A program made the position numbers and the translations under genes. The notes under the pieces are model-generated. The model did no database searches, was not told where the DNA came from, and worked only from the letters and a program-made list of their open reading frames with translations. From Aminobacteriaceae bacterium (GTDB lineage Bacteria > Synergistota > Synergistia > Synergistales > Aminobacteriaceae): a stretch of DNA of 64,000 nt. The stretch spans positions 32,442-96,441 of the forward strand of contig CAXXRY010000032.1 in assembly GCA_963668335.2 (NCBI GenBank), read 5' to 3'. Position 1 is the stretch's first letter, and every line of letters begins with the position of its first letter. Shown here one piece after another: positions 37,038-48,751 of this stretch.

Positions 37038-37778
37038 ATGAAGAACAACGGGAGCCTTAACGGGAATCGTCTTGCAGGTTTCGCGTTTTTTGCCCTTGGT
37101 ATCGGCTGTTTTCTTCTCGCGGGATTCTTGGTGTACCTCTTCTCCGGCAAGTTCGTGAATACTCCTTCGGGGATGAAAGCCGGTCCTGCGCTCTCGTTGT
37201 CCCAAGCTCCCGCGGTAACGGAACCGGCGGCTGCCGTTCAGAAGGATCCCCCTTCTGCCAAGAAGGCGTGGGTTCTTTATGTTACCGGTGAAGTGTTTTC
37301 GCCAGGAGTCTACCATCTTCCTCCTGAGAGCAGGGTCTTTCAGCTCGTTGAAGCTGCCGGAGGATTGACGCCGAAAGCTGACCCGGTACAGGTGAACCTG
37401 GCTGCGCCGCTTGGGGACGGTATGCATGTTCACGTCCCCGCTCTTCTTCCTCCGGCCCCGCTCTTGGAGAGAGCGCCGGGGGGAAGCGGCTCCCCTGCGC
37501 CGGGAAAGTCTTCATCCTCCGTTACGTTCCCCCTCGAGTCCCGGCCTGCGGTGCTCCGAAACGCTATCCGCTCTTCATCGGGGGGACTGGTCGACGTGAA
37601 TAATGCCACTGCTGCCGAACTTGAAAGGCTTCCTGGCGTCGGTCCGGCTATCGCCCGTTCTATTCTCGAATTCCGGCAGACTATGGGGCGTTTTTCGTGT
37701 GTGGAAGATTTGCTGAAAGTCAAGGGGATCGGCACGAAAAAGCTTGAAGCGATGAGGAATTCTGTCGCTATCCAATGA
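37038..37778 (+). CDS. comEA: ComEA-family competence protein (helix-hairpin-helix DNA binding)
   Basis: N-terminal TM helix, SLBB-like region (VTGEVFSPGVYHLPPESRVFQLVEAAGG) and a C-terminal HhH (VNNATAAELERLPGVGPAIARSILEFR...LLKVKGIGTKKLE). Confidence 0.85.
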   Translation: MKNNGSLNGNRLAGFAFFALGIGCFLLAGFLVYLFSGKFVNTPSGMKAGPALSLSQAPAVTEPAAAVQKDPPSAKKAWVLYVTGEVFSPGVYHLPPESRVFQLVEAAGGLTPKADPVQVNLAAPLGDGMHVHVPALLPPAPLLERAPGGSGSPAPGKSSSSVTFPLESRPAVLRNAIRSSSGGLVDVNNATAAELERLPGVGPAIARSILEFRQTMGRFSCVEDLLKVKGIGTKKLEAMRNSVAIQ

Positions 37779-39388
37779 CGGCGGAGCGAACTCTGTCCAA
37801 GCGTGTCCCCCGTGCGGAAAAGAATCTTGCTTCCGTCCCGTTTGTCCCTCGGGAGGGAGCGGCAAGGGCCCCGCTTATCTTCATTCTCGCCGGTCTTTCC
37901 GTCTCGATTGCGGCTGTTTCGCGGGAGATCCCCGTACTTGTCGCTTCATTACTTGCTTTGCTGACAGTGTGGGGGCTTCTTCTTATCCTCTCGGAGTATC
38001 GTCCGCCCCGTTTCTTCTTCTATGTTGCTTTTCTTTCGCTTCTCGCGTTCGCTTGTGCGTTGTCTTGCGGCTATCGTCTTGTGAGTGCCGTAAACATCAA
38101 GGCAGGCGTTCTTCAGGACGAAGGAACAGTTGTTCTGGAACGGTCTTGGGGGAGTAGGCGGATTGTACTTGTGGATGCTTCGTCTGGAAGGTACCTGATG
38201 CGGCTTCCTCCGAACCGGTATGTTCTCGAAGGGGATACGCTCTCCTTCTCCGGCAGAGCGAAAGAGATCGCTAGCCGCCCCGGCTCTTCCTTCCGGGAAG
38301 ACCTCTACTGGGAGGCGAGGGGCGTCTCGATCGAGATTCTCCCCGAATCGATTACACGGAAGACCGGCGGATGGTCGCTCTCCCGTTGGAGAACGGCGCT
38401 CAGAAAACGGATTCTTCTCACGCTTCCGTATCGGACAAGAGGGTATCTTCTTGCGGCTGTTCTCGGTCTACGCGATCCTGATCTGACGGAAGCCCACAGA
38501 CGATGGGGGACGTCGCACCTCCTGGCGGTTTCGGGTTTTCATGTCGGTCTTGTAGCGTTCGCGGTGTGTGGCGCTTTCTTTCCTTTCCGGCTCTCCGGCT
38601 CGTCTGCTCGCGCCGCGCAGCGGCCGTTCTTTCGAGTCTCTTTCTCTGGGGGTACGTTCTTCTCGCCGGAGCGGGCGCCCGGGGCTCTGCGCGCTGCGCT
38701 GATGATTCAGTCGCTCCTGCTTAGGCAAGGTTCTCGGACGAAAGAATACTCCGATGAATTCCGTTTCCCTCGCTGCGTTGCTTCTGCTTCTCTGGCGTCC
38801 CGCCTGGTTCTTCGACATCGGCTGGCGTCTCTCCGTGATGGCCGCGCTTCTTCTTGCGGGTCTTGGAGAGCGCCGCCTCTCATTCTGGATGATTCCGGTT
38901 TCGAGCCTTCTCATTTGGTTGGCCGCATTCCCTCAGGTCACGGCTACATTCGGAAAGGTTCCCGTCGCCGGAATAGCGCTTAACCTCGTCGCGCTCCCTC
39001 TCTTTTCACTGCTCTATCCGCTCGCGCTTTTTCTTTCGTTTCCTTCACTGCTTTCCTTGCCGGGGGGGAGTGCTTTTTCGAAGGGGGATCGCAGAAGGGC
39101 TTTTTACTCTCTGGGAGTGGATTGCCGACAGTGTAATGCTCTTCTTCCCCTGGACCCTCTCCTGGTCTCCGTTGCTCGCAAACGCTCGGAGGAGGACTGT
39201 TCCTCTTGTCGGTAGGAGGAGGCCTCTTCCCCCTGAGAGGGCGGACGATCGCGGGCGCGGGTATTTTCCTGATTGCGGCGGTGTTTCCTTCTGTGAAACG
39301 AAACTCTGCTGGGCCCCGTTCACTGCTTCCCGGCCTGCGGAGCAGGCGCGCTCTTGAGTGTTCCTTGAAGATATTTCCGGTGGTATAA
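37775..39388 (+). pseudogene. comEC: ComEC/Rec2-family DNA internalisation channel protein; at least 5 frame breaks as sequenced
   Basis: GTSHLLAVSGFHVGL, LFLWGYVLLAGAGA.PGALRAALM and SVSLAALLLLLWRP...GWRLSVMAALLL are spread over three frames. The breaks lie at about 38.59-38.63 kb, 38677-38684, about 38720, 39062-39068 (G7) and 39180-39182. The 3' end is uncertain. Confidence 0.6.
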
Positions 39389-39430
39389 TAATCGGATGTT
39401 TAAATCCTTCCGTTCAAGGAGGAAGATATT

Positions 39431-40198
39431 ATGCTGCTCGTTCTCGACGTTGGGAACACCACGACGGTCATTGGAATCTACGAAGGCGAAACTTTGAAAA
39501 AACATTGGCGTCTTATGTCCGAACGTCATACTTCGGATGAGTTTGGGATCTATCTTCTCAATCTACTTTCCATCTCCGGAATTCCGCTGAAGTCGCTTGA
39601 AGGCGTCATCTATTCGAGCGTGGTCCCTTCTCTCGATACAGCGCTCTCCGAGGGATTGGAGGAGTATCTCGGCGTCGTTCCCGTAAGGGTCACGGCAAGT
39701 CTCGACCTTGGGATGGAGATCACCTATTCTCCGAAGCACGAGGTGGGAGCCGATCGGCTTGTTAACTCTGTCGCCGGGAAGGCTCGTTTCGGCGCCCCGC
39801 TCATTGTCGTAGATTTTGGAACCGCCATCACGCTTGATATTCTTAATAAAGAAGGCGCATATATCGGCGGAACCATCTCTCCCGGACTTGTCACAGGGAT
39901 GGAAGCGCTCTTCGGCAGGACGGCGAAACTGCCGCAGGTCTCACTCGAACCTCCAAAGAGCGTCATCGGAAACAATACCATAGGGTCAATCCAGGCCGGT
40001 ATCCTGTTTGGCAACGCCGGACTCGTCGACTCTCTGGTACGGAGGACATGGAGCGAATTGGGAACGAAGACGCCTGTTGCCGCCACGGGAGGACATGCTT
40101 CGGTCGTCGCGTCGCTCTCGGAGACAATTACACATGTCGATCCGTGGCTGACGCTCGAAGGACTGCGCCTGATCTATGAAAGGAATCGTGCCAGGTGA
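39431..40198 (+). CDS. coaX: type III pantothenate kinase
   Basis: MLLVLDVGNTTTVIG, GADRLVN, VVDFGTAITLD and TGGHA. Confidence 0.92.
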   Translation: MLLVLDVGNTTTVIGIYEGETLKKHWRLMSERHTSDEFGIYLLNLLSISGIPLKSLEGVIYSSVVPSLDTALSEGLEEYLGVVPVRVTASLDLGMEITYSPKHEVGADRLVNSVAGKARFGAPLIVVDFGTAITLDILNKEGAYIGGTISPGLVTGMEALFGRTAKLPQVSLEPPKSVIGNNTIGSIQAGILFGNAGLVDSLVRRTWSELGTKTPVAATGGHASVVASLSETITHVDPWLTLEGLRLIYERNRAR

Positions 40199-41255
40199 CG
40201 CTTGACGAATTGCCTGTTCCTCCGCTCTCCGTAGCTCATCATCCGATCGAGATAGGGGGGCTCCGGCTTGCGAACCCGCTGCTTCTCGCGCCCTTGGCAG
40301 GAGTGACCATACCCGCCCTTCGCCTTCTCTACTCAAAACTCGGCGCCGGGGCGGTGCATACAGAGATGATAAGCTGTGCCGGACTGCTCGCATCGGAGAA
40401 GAAGCCTCGAAGGAAAAAAAAACCAGGCGAGGAGGAATATGAGATCTTCTCCCGGGGATCGAAGACTGAGCGAATGCTTGCCGTCTTGGAGGGAGAATCG
40501 CCCGTAATAGCCCAACTTTTTTCTGGAGATGCGGAAACCATGACCAGGGGGGCGGAGTATGCCTCTCGGAGCTCAGAGAAAAATCGTTGCTCTGGGCATA
40601 AATATGGCCTGTCCGATGCCAAAGGTGCTGAAGAAGGGCGCCGGATCGAAATTGCTGGAGCGTCCGGAGATAGCCTTCGAAATGGTGAGGAGGCTGGTTG
40701 CCCTGGGGTTCCCTGTCTGGCCGAAGATACGTAAGTGCCCGTCAACGTTTCCGCTGACGACGGAGGGCGTTCTGCGAAGGGCTTCTGGAAGCCGGCGCCG
40801 CGACGGTGACCGTGCACGGAAGAACGCCCGCGCAACGGTATGCCGGAGAAGCCGAGATTACATTGCTTCCGCGTTTAGCAACGCTCTTTCCGGGAAAAAT
40901 ATGTGCCAGCGGAGATGTTTTTTCCCCTGAACGCGTCGCGGAATACCTCAACGGAGGGTGCGCCGCAGTGATGCTTGCTCGGGGAGCGATCGCGGATCCG
41001 TTTCTTTTCCCGCGCACACTGGCCTTTCTTGGCTATGAAGTGCATAATAAATACAGAAATCCCTCCCCGGATTTCCAACTTTCCCTTCTTCTGGATTTCG
41101 GCGAAAACGTTTGCGCCGAATCGGGGCCCGGAATCGCCGTTCTCATGGTGAAGCGGCTTCTGTCGGGTATGTTCAAAGGGCTTCCCGGAATTGGCGAACT
41201 GCGGCGCGTCGCCGCGCACATCCTCTCCTGGAAGGATCTTCGAGGGAATACTTGA
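40195..41255 (+). pseudogene. dus: tRNA-dihydrouridine synthase; two frame breaks as sequenced
   Basis: LAPLAGVT..., GINMACPMPKVLKKGAGSKLL, PVWPKIR and LLEAGAATVTVHGRTPAQRYAGEAE lie in three frames. The breaks are at about 40562-40566 and at the G-run 40765-40767. Confidence 0.75.
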
Positions 41256-41293
41256 AACATGTGAGGTTTATTTTGAAAGGAGAGAGGAACATA

Positions 41294-42875
41294 GTGGATG
41301 CGCATCATGAACAGGAAGTTTTGAACCCCGTTCCCGGAGGAGATGAGACCGGCCCGGGCGACGAAATAGTCCGCCAGAGGATGGACAAGTTGGAGCGGTT
41401 GCTCTCCGAGGAAGGGTACAACCCGTATATCCTGGAGAAGTGGGAGCGGAAGCATCAGTTGGAATACGTCCGGCGGCATTTCGACCACCTCGAAGCCGAC
41501 GAGATGGACGAGTCCGTTTCCGTCGTCACTGCGGGAAGAATCATGACGCTTCGGAAACACGGGAAGGCGATGTTCGCCAACCTCGCGGACGAAACGGAGA
41601 CGTTGCAGCTCTATCTTCAGTTCAACGCGATGGGGGAGGAGCAGTACACCTTTGCAAAAAAGTGGGTGGACACCGGAGACTGGGTGGGCATCGTAGGACA
41701 TCCCTTCAGAACGCAGCGCGGGGAACTGACGATCCATGTGCGGCAGTGCGTCCTCCTCTGCAAGGCCCTCCGCCCCCTTCCCGAAAAGTGGCACGGCCTG
41801 AAGGATACGGAGCTGCGCTACCGTCAGCGATATACGGATCTCATCGCGAACCCGGACGTGCGCGAGACGTTTCGCAAACGCTCCAAGATCATCTCCTCGA
41901 TCCGGAAGACGCTTGAAGACCACGGTACGCTCGAAGTGGAGACGCCGATTCTTTCGGTTCTTGCTGGAGGCGCCAACGCCCGCCCGTTCAAGACGTTCCA
42001 CAACGCACTCGGGATGGAGATGTACCTGCGCATCGCAACGGAGCTCTACCTGAAGCGTCTTGTCGTCGGGATGTTCGGCAGGGTCTACGAGATGGGGAAG
42101 AACTTCCGAACGAGGGGCTCGACACGATGCACAACCCCGAGTTCACCGCGATGGAGGTCTACTGGGGCCTATGCGGATTACGAGGATATGATGGCGCTCA
42201 CGGAGGAGATCATTAGGAACGCCGCGGCTGTCGTTTCGCGGCCCAGATTCCTTCGGTCCCGTGCGCTACCACAGGATGTGGACCTCGATTTCGACAAACC
42301 GTTCAAGAGAGGCTCGATGCTTGATCTTGTGAGGGAGTACACCGGAGTCGACTTCCGTACCATCACCGACGACGACGAGGCCCGGAGAATAGGCAAGGAG
42401 CGCGGCGTGGAGATCAAGGGAACTGAAAGCCGCTTTACAGTGCTCAGCCTGATGTTCGAGACGTTCGTCGAAGAAAAGCTCATTCAGCCGACATTCGTTA
42501 CGGGACACCCTACGGAGATCTCCCCGCTCGCGAAGCGCGATCCGCAGAACCCTGACTACACCAGGCGTTTCGAGCTGTTCATCTGCGGTAAGGAAGTCGC
42601 CAATGCATTCAGCGAACTGAACGACCCCATCGACCAGAGAGCACGCTTCGAGGACCAGCTGAAGAAGAAGGAGGCCGGCGACGACGAGGCGCACGACTTC
42701 GACGAGGACTTCATCAACGCGATCGAGACGGGGCTCCCCCCGACCGGCGGGTTGGGCATCGGCGTTGATCGTCTGGTGATGTTCCTTACGGATTCGCGCT
42801 CCATCCGCGACGTAATTCTCTTCCCGACGATGAAGCCGCTCGTCTCCCAAAAGCAAGGACGCGCCGGAGGCGTAG
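41294..42875 (+). pseudogene. lysS: lysine--tRNA ligase (class II); compensating frame breaks and a run-on 3' end as sequenced
   Basis: GTG start after AGGAGAG. The motif-2 region reads [31 protein letters not shown]. It becomes [31 protein letters not shown] if an A is restored at 42109-42110 and a G removed at 42164-42167. The ORF overruns into ligA unless a C is removed at 42846-42848, which gives a TAG stop at 42873. Confidence 0.8.
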
Positions 42876-42894
42876 AAAGAGAGGCGTCGTTCAG

Positions 42895-44950
<2,056 letters not shown>

Positions 44951-45158
44951 CCTTCATTTACCGCGCTCTCCATTTCATGCAGATTGGAAGGAAATTGAGA
45001 AGACCGGCGGAACGCTTTTGAGCATTTTCTTAAAGTAATATAAGGAGAGCGGGAGCTTTCCTTCTCGTGCGTTTCTCGGCGTGTGCTTTTCCTGAAGCCG
45101 TTTGGGAAAGCGATGCGCCATATCGTTCGCCGTCTGCTTATCAGGAGGTTTGAATGCA

Positions 45159-45543
45159 ATGACACCCAGCGACACCGGCGCGTATGCGCTGGACACGAAG
45201 GCGGTGCGGCACGTAGCTGATCTCGCCAGGCTCCGCGTTGAGGACGAAGAAATGGATGGGCTTGTTCGGCACTTCGGAGCCATCCTTGAGCATTTCAATG
45301 TGCTCTCCGCGGCCGGAAAAGAAGGGCGTCTCGATCTCGACGCCGTCGATCCGTTTCTCTTCTCGGATACGGAAATTCCCCCTGCACGGGACGACGTCCC
45401 AATCGTCCTCGAGCGTGCGCGAGGATGTTCTTGACTCGGCCCCGCGAAGGAAAGACTCTTTTTTCATCGTGCCGAGAATTCTCGAGCAGAATGCCGGAGA
45501 GGGCGCATCCTCACCGTCCGGTGAAGAGGAGTCCTCATCATGA
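45159..45543 (+). pseudogene. gatC: Asp/Glu-tRNA amidotransferase subunit C; one frame break as sequenced
   Basis: ATG 10 nt after AGGAGG. VRHVADLARLRVEDEEM... continues as REDVLDSAPRRKDSFFIVPRIL in the +1 frame from about 45410-45420. The stop overlaps the gatA ATG. Confidence 0.75.
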
Positions 45544-47108
45544 GCCTCTCTTCGCTCTCCGCAGTCGAGATTGTCCGAGGAATACGGAAGCGGGACTTTT
45601 CCGCCGCTGAGATCCTCACATCCTTTTATAAACGTGCAGAAACCCTCGAACCCTCTTTGCATGCACTCCTGCATCGTGCCCCGGAGATCGCCGAAAAACA
45701 TGCCGCAAATGTCGACGCAGCCGTCGCGCGCGGGGAAGACCCGGGTCCTCTTGCCGGAGTGCCCGTTGTGCTTAAGGACAACATGTGTGTCCGCGGAATG
45801 CCCGCAACCTGCGGAAGCAGAATTCTGGAGGGTTGGATCCCTCCGTACGACGCTACGGTTACCGAGCTTCTTGAGACATCCGGAGCCGTCGTTGCCGCGA
45901 AGGGTAATATGGACGAGTTCGCCATGGGGAGTTCAACGGAGTTCTCCGCCTTTGGACCGACCTCGAACCCCTGGGATACCAAGCGCGTTCCGGGCGGAAG
46001 CTCCGGCGGAAGCGCCGTCGCCGTCGCGGCCGGATACACTCCGCTTGCCCTCGGGAGCGATACCGGCGGTTCTATCCGTCAACCGGCCTCCTTCTGCGGT
46101 ATTTACGGCTTGAAACCGACATACGGGCTTGTGAGCCGATGGGGTCTTGTCGCGTTTGCCTCCTCGCTTGATCAGATAGGCCCCTTCTCCCGGACCGTGG
46201 AAGATCTCGCACTTTCGCTCTCCGTGATTTCATGCCCCGACCCGCGCGACGCGACCTCCAGCAGAAGAGCGCGCCCCGACTATTTCGCGGCGCTTTCGCC
46301 GTGGACAGCCCCTGGGCGGGAAAACTCACCTCTCGCCGGGAAGAAAATCGCCGTAGTGAAGGAGCTTCGAAACAAAAAAGACGCCGTTTCCGCGGATGTT
46401 GATGGTGTGCTCCAAAAAACGCTCGCCCTCTGCCGGGAAGAGGGGGCCGAGATTGTGGAAATATCGCTTCCCGTCTCCCTGGAATTCGGCCTGCCTTGCT
46501 ACTACATCCTCGCTCCTGCGGAGGCGAGCTCCAACCTTGCCCGGTTCGACGGCGTCAGGTATGGCCTTTCTTCGAACGAAAAATCCCTGAAGAACCTCTA
46601 TCTCAAGACAAGGGGCTCCGGTTTCGGCAGTGAAGTGAAACGCAGAATTCTCACAGGAACGTATGTTCTCAGCTCGGGGTACTACGATGCCTATTACCTG
46701 ACCGCTCAAAAAGTGCGGCAGCTTATGAAAAGAGAGTTCGAAACGGCGTTCTCCGGGTGCGATCTCATCGCCCTTCCCACGGCCCCTTCTCCGGCATTTC
46801 GAAAGGGAGAGCTTGTGGACGACCCGATCCAGATGTATTTGGCCGATGTCTTTACTCTTCCGGTAAACCTGGCCGGACTCCCGGCGCTCTCCCTGAACGG
46901 GGGCTTTACCTCCGGCGAGAAGCCGCTCCCTGTAGGGGTTCAGTTCATTGCTCCCAAATGGGGGGAACCGGAACTCCTCTCGACGGCGGCGGTGCTTGAG
47001 AAGAAGCTCGGCAAGGCGAAAATAGCTTCGTGCGGTTGGTCGGAATCCTCCCCTCAGTCTGCCGCGGATGCCGTAATCGCTGGTTCTGAAATGGGGGGCG
47101 CCAGATGA
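45540..47108 (+). CDS. gatA: Asp/Glu-tRNA amidotransferase subunit A
   Basis: Amidase signature (GGSSGGSAVAVAAG...GSDTGGSIRQPASFCG). 522 aa, with a C-terminal tail roughly 35 aa longer than I expect. Confidence 0.92.
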   Translation: MSLSSLSAVEIVRGIRKRDFSAAEILTSFYKRAETLEPSLHALLHRAPEIAEKHAANVDAAVARGEDPGPLAGVPVVLKDNMCVRGMPATCGSRILEGWIPPYDATVTELLETSGAVVAAKGNMDEFAMGSSTEFSAFGPTSNPWDTKRVPGGSSGGSAVAVAAGYTPLALGSDTGGSIRQPASFCGIYGLKPTYGLVSRWGLVAFASSLDQIGPFSRTVEDLALSLSVISCPDPRDATSSRRARPDYFAALSPWTAPGRENSPLAGKKIAVVKELRNKKDAVSADVDGVLQKTLALCREEGAEIVEISLPVSLEFGLPCYYILAPAEASSNLARFDGVRYGLSSNEKSLKNLYLKTRGSGFGSEVKRRILTGTYVLSSGYYDAYYLTAQKVRQLMKREFETAFSGCDLIALPTAPSPAFRKGELVDDPIQMYLADVFTLPVNLAGLPALSLNGGFTSGEKPLPVGVQFIAPKWGEPELLSTAAVLEKKLGKAKIASCGWSESSPQSAADAVIAGSEMGGAR

Positions 47109-48598
47109 AATATACCTACCTGCCGGTCATTGGCCTTGAGATTCACGTCCAGCTTGCGACAGCAACGAAAATTTTCTGTTCCTGTTCCACGGACTACATC
47201 GGCGCCGAGCCGAACACGAACGTTTGTCCGGTCTGTCTCGGTCTGCCCGGAGCTCTCCCCGTCCTCAACGGGAAGGCAGTGGAGCTCGGGATCAAGGCGG
47301 CCATGGCCCTCTCATGCACAGTCAAGGACAAGACGGTTTTTCACAGAAAGAATTACTTCTACCCAGATCTGCCGAAAGCGTATCAGATAAGTCAGTATGA
47401 CCTTCCTCTGGCAGAGGGGGGCGAGCTCTTCATTTCCGGGGACGGCGGTGCGCTGAAGCGAATCCGGATTACCCGCCTGCATCTTGAAGAGGATGCCGGA
47501 AAGCTGGTTCATTCTGCTGCCGACGGTCGTCTTGAGGGGGCGGAGTTCTCGTTCGTCGACTATAACCGTGGAGGCGTCCCTCTCGCCGAGATCGTTTCAG
47601 AGCCTGATCTTCGCTCACCGAGCGAAGCCCGGGAGTATGTAACCTCGCTTCGCAGGCTTGTCCGTTATCTCGGCGTCTCCGACGGCGATATGGAGCGCGG
47701 TTCCATGCGCGTGGACGCGAATATTTCGCTACAGAAGACAGACCCCGCGACGGGCGAGATCCTCTACTGGGGAGAACGCTCGGAGATAAAAAACATGAAC
47801 TCGCTTCGCGCTATAGAACGCGCCTTGGAGTACGAGATTCATAGGCAGATCGACGTGATGGAGGCTGGAGGCATTCTTGATCGGGAGACAAGACACTGGA
47901 ACGACGGGGAGGGAACGACTACCTCCATGCGCAGCAAGGAGGGGGCCCACGATTATCGGTATTTCCCCGATCCCGATCTGCCTCCGATCGAAGCGTCTTC
48001 CGCACTATTGGAACAGGTAAGTGCATCCCTTCCCGAAATGCCGTGGACCAGAGAGGCCCGCTTCCGCAACGAGTTGGGCCTTCCCGAAGCGGATTCCGCT
48101 CTCCTTGCGGAGACGCCGCAGCTTGCGGATTACTTTGAGAGTTGCGTCCGGACCGGCGCCTCTCCCGCCAGGGTTTCAAACTGGGTTCGTACCGAAGTGC
48201 TCCGTGTTTTGAACGAACGAAGCATAGCCATCGACTCATTCTCCATGCGGCCGGAAGATCTCGGCTCCCTTGTGTGTCTGGTGGACGAGAGAAAACTTTC
48301 CACAACCGCGGCACGGGAAGTATTCAACGCGATGATCGAAAAAGGGCTCTCTATGGAAAAAGCACTGGAGGCGAGCGGAGGCACGGGAGGAGAACTCTCC
48401 GGCGACGCGCTTGCCGACATGATCCGAAGCGTGCTTGCATCGACTCCGGACGTCGTGGCGGAGATTCTCGGAGGCAAGGACGACAAGGGAAAGAAGAGAA
48501 AGTTCCTGGCGGGGCTCGTTATGAGGGAGACTCGCGGGCAGGCAGATGCGGCGGCTGTCGGGGAGTTGATCGAGAAGCTGTTGAAAGAAAAACCCTGA
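47105..48598 (+). CDS. gatB: Asp/Glu-tRNA amidotransferase subunit B
   Basis: VIGLEIHVQL, CPVCLGLPGALP, RKNYFYPDLPKAYQISQ, LHLEEDAGK and a C-terminal YqeY-like domain. Confidence 0.93.
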   Translation: MKYTYLPVIGLEIHVQLATATKIFCSCSTDYIGAEPNTNVCPVCLGLPGALPVLNGKAVELGIKAAMALSCTVKDKTVFHRKNYFYPDLPKAYQISQYDLPLAEGGELFISGDGGALKRIRITRLHLEEDAGKLVHSAADGRLEGAEFSFVDYNRGGVPLAEIVSEPDLRSPSEAREYVTSLRRLVRYLGVSDGDMERGSMRVDANISLQKTDPATGEILYWGERSEIKNMNSLRAIERALEYEIHRQIDVMEAGGILDRETRHWNDGEGTTTSMRSKEGAHDYRYFPDPDLPPIEASSALLEQVSASLPEMPWTREARFRNELGLPEADSALLAETPQLADYFESCVRTGASPARVSNWVRTEVLRVLNERSIAIDSFSMRPEDLGSLVCLVDERKLSTTAAREVFNAMIEKGLSMEKALEASGGTGGELSGDALADMIRSVLASTPDVVAEILGGKDDKGKKRKFLAGLVMRETRGQADAAAVGELIEKLLKEKP

Positions 48599-48661
48599 AC
48601 CATTTCTTTTTTTCAAGGGGTGTATTTCCCCAGCTTTTGAAAAGAGTTTTTTTACAGTTCG

Positions 48662-48690
48662 TTGACTAACGGAAGCATTATGCGTAAGAT
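48662..48690 (+). promoter_or_regulatory. candidate sigma-70 promoter of the EF-G paralogue
   Basis: TTGACT - 17 nt - TAAGAT. Confidence 0.45.
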
Positions 48691-48751
48691 ATTCAAGTTG
48701 CCCTGCAATAGAGCAGAGGCAGGAACGAAACGCCGGAGGAGGTAGTTGGCA